A stretch of 32,000 nucleotides of DNA from Edaphobacter aggregans (GTDB taxonomy: Bacteria > Acidobacteriota > Terriglobia > Terriglobales > Acidobacteriaceae), in NCBI RefSeq assembly GCF_003945235.1, contig NZ_RSDW01000001.1:1680001-1712000 (forward strand), written 5' to 3'. Shown piece after piece: positions 1 to 8,208 of the stretch. Position numbers and translations under genes: made by a program. Every line of letters begins with the position of its first letter. Positions within the stretch are counted from its first letter, which is position 1. Below the pieces are notes generated by a model. It was not told the DNA's origin. It saw nothing but the letters and a program-made list of their open reading frames with translations, and made no database searches.

Positions 1-245
1 CTGAGCGAATGACTTACCTCGCGACACACCAGATCGCGTACGGAGTCATGAATCAGAAGCACTACGTTTTTCTGGCCGAGGGGTTGACGATGGGCGCGTC
101 CGATCCAGATGCGGAAGAAAGCGACCTCATCGTGCGGCGGGTGAAGCTCGCCGACTTCGAACAGATGATCGTGGATGGAGTGATCGTCGACAACTGCTCG
201 GTGGCGGCTTGGGGACTCTACCGGCTCTGGCGGGAGCGGCAATAG
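1..245 (+). CDS. C-terminal fragment of a NUDIX-hydrolase-like protein (5' end outside window)
   Basis: Frame 3 is open from the window edge to the stop at 243-245. The tail ...ESDLIVRRVKLADFEQMIVDGVIVDNCSVAAWGLY resembles C-termini of ADP-ribose-pyrophosphatase-type NUDIX proteins. The Nudix box is not in the window, so the family call is tentative. Confidence 0.5.
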   Translation, partial: ERMTYLATHQIAYGVMNQKHYVFLAEGLTMGASDPDAEESDLIVRRVKLADFEQMIVDGVIVDNCSVAAWGLYRLWRERQ

Positions 246-273
246 CAGTAAAGCGAGCAAAGGAGCTAAGGCC

Positions 274-681
274 ATGGCGGAGGTTTCGAAGAATCGGCTT
301 TGGTGGATCAACGCAACGGGGCTGATGTTCGCGATCCTGCAGAGTGCCTGCGCTGCGGTTCTGGCGGTCAGCGGCTTCCGCGTCTTGATTGGCTTAAGCT
401 CGCTGGCGATCGCTGCGGGAACGAGTGCTCCGGCAAAAGGATTTCACGCGGATGCCATCCGCATCCCGATGATGTTGTTCGCTTTGATCGGTGCGCTCGC
501 GAATCTCTACATGCTGTGGCGAGTACGGTCGCTACGAGCGCGGCCTGCTTCGCAATGGCGGATGCAACCGTTGTCTCCTACGAAGAAGCGCTCCGAACGA
601 CTGCAATTCGCGCTGGCGATTCTGACGTTGCTGGTACTGGCTGCGGAGTGGATCACGCACCCGATGATGCATCACGGCTAA
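274..681 (+). CDS. Hypothetical integral membrane protein (about 4 hydrophobic segments)
   Basis: 135-aa ORF with several hydrophobic stretches (LMFAILQSACAAVLAVSGF, MMLFALIGALANLYMLW, FALAILTLLVLAAEW). AGGAG-like sequence (aaaggagctaagg) upstream of the ATG. The competing 300-749 ORF in another frame is Arg/Cys-rich and looks non-coding. Confidence 0.6.
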   Translation: MAEVSKNRLWWINATGLMFAILQSACAAVLAVSGFRVLIGLSSLAIAAGTSAPAKGFHADAIRIPMMLFALIGALANLYMLWRVRSLRARPASQWRMQPLSPTKKRSERLQFALAILTLLVLAAEWITHPMMHHG

Positions 682-956
682 AGAGACGAATCGCTGCCAT
701 CGGTTGGAACAGCGGGCGGCCCGGCAAGAATGGCCTCGGTCAGGCGTGAGTGAAGACGTTCGCTGTAGCCGAGCGGAAGTTCGAAGATGCGGTCGTCAGC
801 AGTAAGAATCAGAATGTTTCGTGTCGAATCAAGAACAGCTGAGCAGATCTCGCAATGCTCAAGGTGGCGCTCTACATCGGCGCGAGTCGCGGTATCAAGC
901 GTGTTGTCCAAATAGCCGGAGATCTGGTCCCAGACGTGACTGCAGTTCAGAACCAT
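678..956 (-). CDS. Soluble zinc-binding (ZAS / zf-HC2) anti-sigma factor
   Basis: 92 aa with no transmembrane segment. Carries the H-x3-C-x2-C motif (H31 LEH C35 EI C38) plus an upstream C5. GAAGGAG lies 8 nt before the ATG. The start overlaps the stop of the upstream ECF sigma gene by 10 nt. Confidence 0.8.
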   Translation of the reverse strand: MVLNCSHVWDQISGYLDNTLDTATRADVERHLEHCEICSAVLDSTRNILILTADDRIFELPLGYSERLHSRLTEAILAGPPAVPTDGSDSSL

Positions 957-1567
957 GAGAAACTCCTTCGCGTTTCTGGCACTGCACTCTTCAGCTGCGG
1001 CGCGAGACTTTTCTGCAGCATCAGGCGAGCACGATGAAGCCGCATCTTAACCGAAGCAACCGTGATGCCGAGAGTTTCGGCGGTCTCCTGCACGTTGCGG
1101 TCTTCCATTTCACGCAGCACGAAGACCTCGCGGTAGGCCAGCGGAAGCGCCATCAAAGCCTGGCGGATGAGCGAGCGGACCTCCTGGCGTTCAAGAGCCT
1201 GCGAGGGAATCTCGCGCCAGTCAGTAAGTTGCATGGGGGTGACTTTGCCTTCGCGGTCGTCGTCGAGCGAATCGGTGAGCCCGGGCTGGATGCGGCGAAG
1301 GCGGCCGCGAGCCTCGTTGAGGACGATGCTGATGAGCCATGTACTGAAGCGGGCTTCGGCACGGAAGCGCCCGAGGTTTCGGTATGCCTTGAGGAATGCA
1401 TCCTGCGCGGCATCCTCAGCCTCAGCCTCATTGTGGAGCAGCGAAAGCGCCATGAGGTAAACGCTGCGCTCGTGCGGACGGATCAACTCGTGAAAGAGTT
1501 CGTGGTCGCCGGAGAGGATGTCCGCTATCATCCTGGGTTCGTCCCTGTCTCTAGCCGGTAACTGCAT
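947..1567 (-). CDS. ECF-type RNA polymerase sigma-70 family factor
   Basis: Region 2 (DAAQDAFLKAYRNLGRFRAEARFSTWLISIVLNEARGRLRR) and region 4 HTH (ETAETLGITVASVKMRLHRARLMLQ) are recognisable. GGGAGA lies 4-5 nt upstream of the ATG at 1567. An alternative start at 1531 (MIADIL) is possible. Confidence 0.9.
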   Translation of the reverse strand: MQLPARDRDEPRMIADILSGDHELFHELIRPHERSVYLMALSLLHNEAEAEDAAQDAFLKAYRNLGRFRAEARFSTWLISIVLNEARGRLRRIQPGLTDSLDDDREGKVTPMQLTDWREIPSQALERQEVRSLIRQALMALPLAYREVFVLREMEDRNVQETAETLGITVASVKMRLHRARLMLQKSLAPQLKSAVPETRRSFSWF

Positions 1568-2066
1568 CGTTCTCCCAATGCTCTTTGGTGCGGGTCTCGG
1601 AAGTTCGGAGCTTCTTGGCGATGAGAGCGTCCAGCGAGAAGAGGCCCGGGCCGAAGGCCAGAATCATGATCGCAGCGAAGAGAAAGGTGTAGGGATCGGC
1701 TCCGTAAAATTTGCTGGGGTTACTGAAGATCGAGAAGAGTGCCTCGCGATCGGATGTCCAGTATGCAACAAACATCGATCCTGTGAGCAGGAACGCGATG
1801 GGGCGCGAAGCCAGTCCAAGGATAAGCAAGATTCCACCGAAGAATTCAAGCCCGGATACGAAGTGGGCGCTTAACGCCGGGAATGGGATATTGAGTGAAG
1901 TAAAAAAGTCGACGGTACGCGCCTGATTATGCAGCTTACCCCAACCGGTTTGCACGAACTGCCAGCCCCAGTAGAGTCGTACAGCGAGCAGCAGGGGCGA
2001 GCAGAGCTTTTCCGCGACCTTGCAAAAAGCGGCGTACCAAGCGGCGAGACGATGGATGAGCTTCAT
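1551..2066 (-). CDS. DoxX family membrane protein (BufD-like position in the operon)
   Basis: 171 aa with four hydrophobic helices and a DoxX-like sequence (LLLAVRLYWGWQFVQTGWGKL... GLEFFGGILLILGLASR). Its ATG overlaps the upstream gene's stop as ATGA (2063-2066). Confidence 0.88.
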   Translation of the reverse strand: MKLIHRLAAWYAAFCKVAEKLCSPLLLAVRLYWGWQFVQTGWGKLHNQARTVDFFTSLNIPFPALSAHFVSGLEFFGGILLILGLASRPIAFLLTGSMFVAYWTSDREALFSIFSNPSKFYGADPYTFLFAAIMILAFGPGLFSLDALIAKKLRTSETRTKEHWENDAVTG

Positions 2067-2965
2067 AAGGTCTCCGTGGTGGCGCGTGGTGCGCAGAGCC
2101 AGCCCATCTGCATCCAGTGATGGAAAGCGGATTGGATGATGGCTGGACGATCGGATTCCGGCGTTGTGCTATCGGCGAAGGCGGCTTCGATCGCTTCGCC
2201 GAGAGATTGACCCTCTTCGAGAGATTGAAGCAGCAGAAAGTCTTCGCGCGAGAGACGCTTGTAATAGACGGTATCGTCATGACGGTGAATGGCGAGATAG
2301 ATCTGCTGCTGCGACGGCCGCCGAGAACGCGTGCGTCGAACGACATGAATACCGACGGCATTGCTGGCCTGCGTGCCAGATGGCTGCGAGCCTTCGCGCA
2401 CGGCAAGTAGAGCGTCGTCGACGGCATAGGGCGCGGTCAACAGGCGCAGGTAGGGTTGCAGGGTGATGTGGGAGTCGCCGTCGAGGCTGGCGATCTCGTC
2501 AGCAGCAAGAGGTTCGCGGCTCTCATTGTCGAAGGCCTCGATGTGCGCCCATTCGAGAGCGGCCATCGCAATTGCGGATTCCGTGTTTGGAGCCGTGTAT
2601 TGAGGATTCTCCTTAAGCCAATCGACAAGTGAGGAGCCCAGATTACGCAATGTGAAGGAGCGCGAGGGGTGAGCCTCAAGATAGGCACGCATCAGCGCTT
2701 GAAATTTGCGGCTACCGACGATGGATTTGAGGCCAGGAAAGTCCTCCTCGAACGAGGAAAAAAGACGGAACCAGTATTGCCGGTTGTAAATCTCCAGGCG
2801 CTCAAACGACGTCAGCCGATCGTTGGGACGGATGAATGCGCCAGCCTCATCCGCAACCGAGGGGCACGAGGCATCACGCTTGCGCATCTGCTCGTTGAAT
2901 GTGAGCGGCCGCATAACGGCAGCAGCCATGCGTCTCTGAAGAAGATGAAGATCGGAGCCGATCAT
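2063..2965 (-). CDS. DUF2063 domain protein (MbnC/BufC-like partner of the DUF692 enzyme)
   Basis: LEIYNRQYWFRLFSSFEEDFPGLKSIVGSRKFQALMRAYLEAHPSRSFTLRNLG matches the characteristic DUF2063 N-terminal region. I chose the ATG at 2965, which forms an ATGA overlap with the DUF692 stop (2962-2965). The 105-nt upstream extension in the ORF track would overlap the DUF692 gene. Confidence 0.85.
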   Translation of the reverse strand: MIGSDLHLLQRRMAAAVMRPLTFNEQMRKRDASCPSVADEAGAFIRPNDRLTSFERLEIYNRQYWFRLFSSFEEDFPGLKSIVGSRKFQALMRAYLEAHPSRSFTLRNLGSSLVDWLKENPQYTAPNTESAIAMAALEWAHIEAFDNESREPLAADEIASLDGDSHITLQPYLRLLTAPYAVDDALLAVREGSQPSGTQASNAVGIHVVRRTRSRRPSQQQIYLAIHRHDDTVYYKRLSREDFLLLQSLEEGQSLGEAIEAAFADSTTPESDRPAIIQSAFHHWMQMGWLCAPRATTETL

Positions 2966-3825
2966 GCGGTCACCGCGAGAGGAGCCGCCTGCTCGTGTCT
3001 TCGCAAATAACGGTTGGCCTTCAGGGCTTCGGCATGGACCTCCTCGAAGGACGGGATGGAATCGTCCCACTCGAGCAGCGTCGCAGTCGGCCCGCAGCGT
3101 TCAATCGCGCGAGCATAGAGTCCCCACACTGGATCTAGAACCGGATGGTCGTGCGTGTCGAGAATGTACTTCTCAAACTTTGAGTGGCCGGCGATGTGGA
3201 TCTGGGCGACGCGATCTGCTGGTATGGCCTCAACATACTGGCGCGGGTTGAAGTTATGGTTCTGGGAGGAGACATAGATGTTGTTCACATCAAGCAATAT
3301 GCCGCAATCGGCCTGCTCGACGACCTCGTTGAGGAACTCCCACTCCGTCATCTCGGAGACATGAAACTCCGCGTAGCTGCTGACGTTTTCGACTGCTATG
3401 GGTACTTCAAGAAAGTCCTGGGCCTGTCGAATCCTTTCGGCAGTGTTACGTGCGGCCTCGAAGGTGTAGGGCATCGGAAGAAGGTCGTGAGTATAGGTGC
3501 CATCCACGCTGCCCCAGCACAGATGGTCGGAGAGCCACGGAGTTCCAGTGCGACGGACAAGAGCCTTTAGGCGGCGCAGATGCTCACGCGACAATGGTTC
3601 AGCCGAGCCGAAGTACATCGAGACACCGTGCTGTACGACGCGGTATTGGTCAAGAATACTGTCGAGAACGGTAAGCGGACGGCCACCGTCGATCATGTAG
3701 TTCTCGGAGATAATCTCGAACCAATCGACGACGGGCTTCTTCTCGAGAATGTGACGATAATGAGGAACACGAAGACCAATGCCGACTCCGTATTCCGTAA
3801 AACCGTTGAAACGATTCGCTGGCAT
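2962..3825 (-). CDS. DUF692 / MNIO (multinuclear non-heme iron oxidase; MbnB/TglH/ChrH/BufB family) RiPP-modifying enzyme
   Basis: Typical DUF692 blocks are present: GVGIGLR, WFEIISENYM, HGVSMYFGS, PWLSDHLCW, ENVSSY, LLDVNNIYVS, QIHIAGH, TLLEWD. I prefer the ATG at 3825 (GAGG 6 nt upstream) over the TTG at 3831. Confidence 0.95.
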   Translation of the reverse strand: MPANRFNGFTEYGVGIGLRVPHYRHILEKKPVVDWFEIISENYMIDGGRPLTVLDSILDQYRVVQHGVSMYFGSAEPLSREHLRRLKALVRRTGTPWLSDHLCWGSVDGTYTHDLLPMPYTFEAARNTAERIRQAQDFLEVPIAVENVSSYAEFHVSEMTEWEFLNEVVEQADCGILLDVNNIYVSSQNHNFNPRQYVEAIPADRVAQIHIAGHSKFEKYILDTHDHPVLDPVWGLYARAIERCGPTATLLEWDDSIPSFEEVHAEALKANRYLRRHEQAAPLAVTA

Positions 3826-3859
3826 GTGCAACCTCGGAAATCAACTGGAGAAAGGGAGT

Positions 3860-3893
3860 GCTCCGCCGCTCGGGTGGAGTGACGCGGCGGAGC
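3860..3893 (-). promoter_or_regulatory. Intercistronic GC-rich stem-loop between precursor gene and DUF692 gene
   Basis: Perfect 10-bp inverted repeat GCTCCGCCGC (3860-3869) / GCGGCGGAGC (3884-3893) with a 14-nt loop. On the transcribed strand it is followed by ACTCCCTTTCTCC. It sits 9 nt after the precursor stop and about 30 nt before the DUF692 RBS. Confidence 0.55.
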
Positions 3894-3901
3894 GCTGAGG
3901 T

Positions 3902-4195
3902 TTACGCCGCGGGTGGCTTGGAGCCATCAGTTGCGCAGCCGCCCTTACCCTTGCAGCTGTTCTTGCCTTTGCAGCCATTGTCGCTGGTCTTGCAACCGCC
4001 CTTGCCCTTGCAGTCGTTTTTGCCTTTACAGGAGTGCTTGTCCTTATCGGCGGCCACGAAAGAGGCCGAGGAGAAGGCAAGCTGCCCGAACTGCGCACCG
4101 TTGTGGGTGGTGGATGCATGGATCGGTGTTGCGGAACCACTGAGCAGTCCGGTGACGGCTGCACTCAACATCATTGCTTTCATGGACGTCTTCAT
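3902..4195 (-). CDS. Sec-exported six-cysteine Lys/Gly-rich small protein; candidate RiPP precursor (bufferin-like, six-Cys type)
   Basis: 97 aa from the ATG at 4195 (AGGAG 8 nt upstream; the track start at 4201 is a TTG). Signal peptide MKTSMKAMMLSAAVTGLLSGSATPIHA. The C-terminal core is HS-CKGKNDCKGKGGC-KTSDNG-CKGKNSCKGKGGC-ATDGSKPPAA. It is the first gene of the DUF692 operon. Confidence 0.85.
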   Translation of the reverse strand: MKTSMKAMMLSAAVTGLLSGSATPIHASTTHNGAQFGQLAFSSASFVAADKDKHSCKGKNDCKGKGGCKTSDNGCKGKNSCKGKGGCATDGSKPPAA

Positions 4196-4216
4196 TCGCA
4201 AATCTCCTTTAAGGTG

Positions 4217-4288
4217 ATGGTTCTGTTACATGGTTATGTTACGTTCCATCTGGCCCGTTAGATTGCGGGCGTAAAAAACGGTAACAGA
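4217..4288. repeat. Tandem 13-mers plus an inverted copy in the divergent promoter region
   Basis: ATGGTTCTGTTAC (4217-4229) is immediately followed by ATGGTTATGTTAC (4230-4242), with 1 mismatch. GTAACAGA (4281-4288) is the reverse complement of TCTGTTAC (4222-4229). All three lie between the precursor RBS and the divergent 4365 gene. Confidence 0.6.
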
Positions 4289-4364
4289 GTTTCACGAAAT
4301 TATTTAGGGGGACATTGGGAGAGCGAGGATACTGTTTGGGAAAGACGACGCATCTAACTCGGAT

Positions 4365-5984
4365 GTGATTGATATTCCGCAGGAAAGAGCCGAAAGGGTT
4401 CCGCGACGCAAGCGTGGTGTGTGGGGTTGGATTGCAATCGTTTTATTGTTCGCAGTCATTGTTTTATTCGGGACGATAGAGTGGATGATCCACCGCGCAG
4501 AGCCCATTTTGAAGGGCCGCGTCATCGAAACGTTGAGCACTCGTTTCGAGAGTCGTGTGGAGATGGACAATTTTCACGTTTCACCGCTCAAGGGCCTGGA
4601 GGTTTCAGGAGACGGCCTGCGAATCTATCCAACCGATGAGGTGGTGGCCGCTGGAGCGAAAGATCCGTTGATCTCGCTGGGCCATTTTTCATTTCATGTA
4701 AATCTGTCTGGACTGTTTCAGAAACCGATGCATGTAGGTACGGTGCACGTCACCGATATGGCGATCACCATCCCGCCGCGCGAGATGCGCCAGCAGGGGC
4801 CGAAGTCAGAAAAGCGGTTCGGCAAGATCAAAATCGTCGTCGACGAGATCGTCTGCGATGGCTCGAAGCTAATGATCGAGACTGCCAAGCCCGACAAGGA
4901 TCCGAAGGAATTCGAACTCAGCCACATTGTGATGCGTAACGTTGGGCCGAACGATCCATGGCAGTATGACGCGACGCTGGTCAACGCAATTCCAAAGGGC
5001 GATATTCACGCAGTAGGAACGTTCGGCCCGTGGGTCAATGAGAGCCCTGGCGATTCGACCGTGACCGGGAAATACACGTTCGAGCACGCTGACCTGAATA
5101 CGATCAAAGGTATCGGCGGGATGCTGTCTTCCACGGGCGAGTTCAGCGGACAGTTGAACAGGATCGTTGTGGATGGAACAACGGATACGCCGGATTTCTC
5201 GCTGGACACGGCAAACCACAAGATGCCGCTACACACGAAATTCCATGCGATTGTGGACGGAACTAGCGGCGACACGTATCTCCAGCCAGTGGATGCAAAG
5301 CTGCGCGGTTCGGAGTTTACCTGCAACGGCGCCATCATCAACGTGAAGGGCAAAGGGCACATTATCGACCTGGATGTGAATGTCCCTAATGGCCGCATAC
5401 AGGACTTTCTGGAACTAGCGATCAAGACACAGCCGGTCATCATGACAGGACGCCTTGCGATGAAGACGAAACTGCATATCCGCCCGGGGGGGGAGAGCGT
5501 CACACAAAGGATCGGATTGAAGGGCGGCTTTACACTGCGGGCAATTCACTTCACGAATCCAGAAGTGCAGGACAAAGTAGATATGCTGAGTCTCCGCGCG
5601 CGTGGTGAGGCGAAAGAGGCCAAGGCAGGCGCGGAGGATGTGAACTCGCAGATGCGCGGACAGTTTGTCATGCAGAGTGGCAGGCTGAGCTTTAGCCAAC
5701 TGAATTACACATTGCCGGGCGCAGACGTGAACCTGGCCGGTGTGTACTCTCTGGATGGAGACGAATTTGACTTCACCGGTAAGGTACGCACGAAGGCGGC
5801 GCTATCGAATATGGTGGCGACCTGGTGGAAGTCATGGCTGCTGAAGCCCGTCGACCCCTTCTTCAAAAAGAATGGCGCCGGCGCAGAAATTCCCGTCAAG
5901 ATTACTGGAACAAAGGGAGCGCCGAAGTTCGGCCTGGATCTACACCATAAGGATAAGAGCAACGAAGCAAGCCCCACCGAGTAG
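4365..5984 (+). CDS. N-terminally membrane-anchored large periplasmic protein, AsmA-like / DUF748-like (family tentative)
   Basis: 539 aa with a GTG start. Basic N-terminus followed by one TM helix (WIAIVLLFAVIVLFGTIEWMI), then a long beta-rich, Cys-poor domain. This layout resembles AsmA/TamB-type proteins. The family assignment is from memory only. Confidence 0.7.
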   Translation: MIDIPQERAERVPRRKRGVWGWIAIVLLFAVIVLFGTIEWMIHRAEPILKGRVIETLSTRFESRVEMDNFHVSPLKGLEVSGDGLRIYPTDEVVAAGAKDPLISLGHFSFHVNLSGLFQKPMHVGTVHVTDMAITIPPREMRQQGPKSEKRFGKIKIVVDEIVCDGSKLMIETAKPDKDPKEFELSHIVMRNVGPNDPWQYDATLVNAIPKGDIHAVGTFGPWVNESPGDSTVTGKYTFEHADLNTIKGIGGMLSSTGEFSGQLNRIVVDGTTDTPDFSLDTANHKMPLHTKFHAIVDGTSGDTYLQPVDAKLRGSEFTCNGAIINVKGKGHIIDLDVNVPNGRIQDFLELAIKTQPVIMTGRLAMKTKLHIRPGGESVTQRIGLKGGFTLRAIHFTNPEVQDKVDMLSLRARGEAKEAKAGAEDVNSQMRGQFVMQSGRLSFSQLNYTLPGADVNLAGVYSLDGDEFDFTGKVRTKAALSNMVATWWKSWLLKPVDPFFKKNGAGAEIPVKITGTKGAPKFGLDLHHKDKSNEASPTE

Positions 5985-6032
5985 CAAGCCCGCGCTCCAC
6001 ATCTTCAGCGGAGGCGCGGACTCGGATTCGAT

Positions 6033-6821
6033 TTAGAAGCTGTTGTCGTCGTTGCCAGAGTCGAAGCCACCGTCGGAGCTGTCACCAAAATCAGCAGAAT
6101 CGTCGGCAAAATTATCTGCCGTGTCGTTGGTGTCGTCGCTGCCCATCAGGCTATCTCCGTGATCATCGTTGTCCACCGCCTCAGAGAAGCGCGATTCGCC
6201 GCGACGATCTTCGATGTCTGGGGAGAGATGCCCGGAGTGCTCCGAAGGAGTGGCGTCGCCGTAGTAGTTGTTGACGATCTCTTCGGGGCGGTTCGATTCG
6301 CCAAACCCGCCAAAGCCCGAGCCATAACCTCCACCATGACCGAAGCCATGCATAAGGCTCTCAATGCCTTCAAAAGCCAGTGCGCCGGCTGCAACGCCGG
6401 TAGCAGTCTGCAAAGCCGAGCGGAGAAAGCCGCCAGACTGAGGCGCGCCGTATCCTGGAACGGATGGCTGCCCCCCGTAGACAACGGGAGTGTACTGCGG
6501 CTGAGCAGGTAGCGGAGGCGGGGGGGCCGGGCGTGAGGGCTCGTCGTCGCGGCCGAGCAGGTTGCCGAGGAAGCTCGTCGCATGTTTCGGCTGCTGTCGA
6601 ACGGCATCAAGTTGGCCGCGTGCGTCGGCGAGTTGTTTTTGCGCCTGATCGAGCGCGTACTGCTGCACGAGCACAGTTTGAGCGAGGATGTAGAGCGCAT
6701 CCGGATTACGTCCCAGGGTCTGCTGCAGAAACTGCGCGGCGTCAGGATCCTTCTCCTGAAGTTGGGTGCTGTTGATGCGCTCAGTGAGGTCTTGAAGCAT
6801 CTGCTGTTCTTGCGCGGTCAT
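6033..6821 (-). CDS. DUF2076 domain protein with Gly-rich middle and poly-acidic tail
   Basis: The N-terminus MTAQEQQMLQDLTERINSTQLQEKDPDAAQFLQQTLGRNPDALYILAQTVLVQQYALDQAQKQL is typical of DUF2076. GAGGAG RBS upstream. C-terminal D/N/S/G-rich tail. Confidence 0.8.
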   Translation of the reverse strand: MTAQEQQMLQDLTERINSTQLQEKDPDAAQFLQQTLGRNPDALYILAQTVLVQQYALDQAQKQLADARGQLDAVRQQPKHATSFLGNLLGRDDEPSRPAPPPPLPAQPQYTPVVYGGQPSVPGYGAPQSGGFLRSALQTATGVAAGALAFEGIESLMHGFGHGGGYGSGFGGFGESNRPEEIVNNYYGDATPSEHSGHLSPDIEDRRGESRFSEAVDNDDHGDSLMGSDDTNDTADNFADDSADFGDSSDGGFDSGNDDNSF

Positions 6822-6916
6822 GAAACTCCTCTACAAGTTATGACATTTCGTGCTGAAAGTATGACGCGTATCAAGCGCGAAGGGTAGGCAGTGGAAAAGA
6901 GTTGATTCGCCCAAGC

Positions 6917-8158
<1,242 letters not shown>

Positions 8159-8208
8159 GGGCTCTCCAGCGATGCAACAGCAACGGCAAAGCAAAGACGA
8201 TTTGCGCC

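Noticed and set aside
2966-3070. N-terminal extension of the DUF2063 ORF (track start 3070)
   Set aside because: It would overlap the DUF692 coding region by about 105 nt. The internal ATG at 2965 gives a classic ATGA stop/start overlap, and the extension sequence (GRFHPVLRGGPCRSPEG...) looks non-coding.
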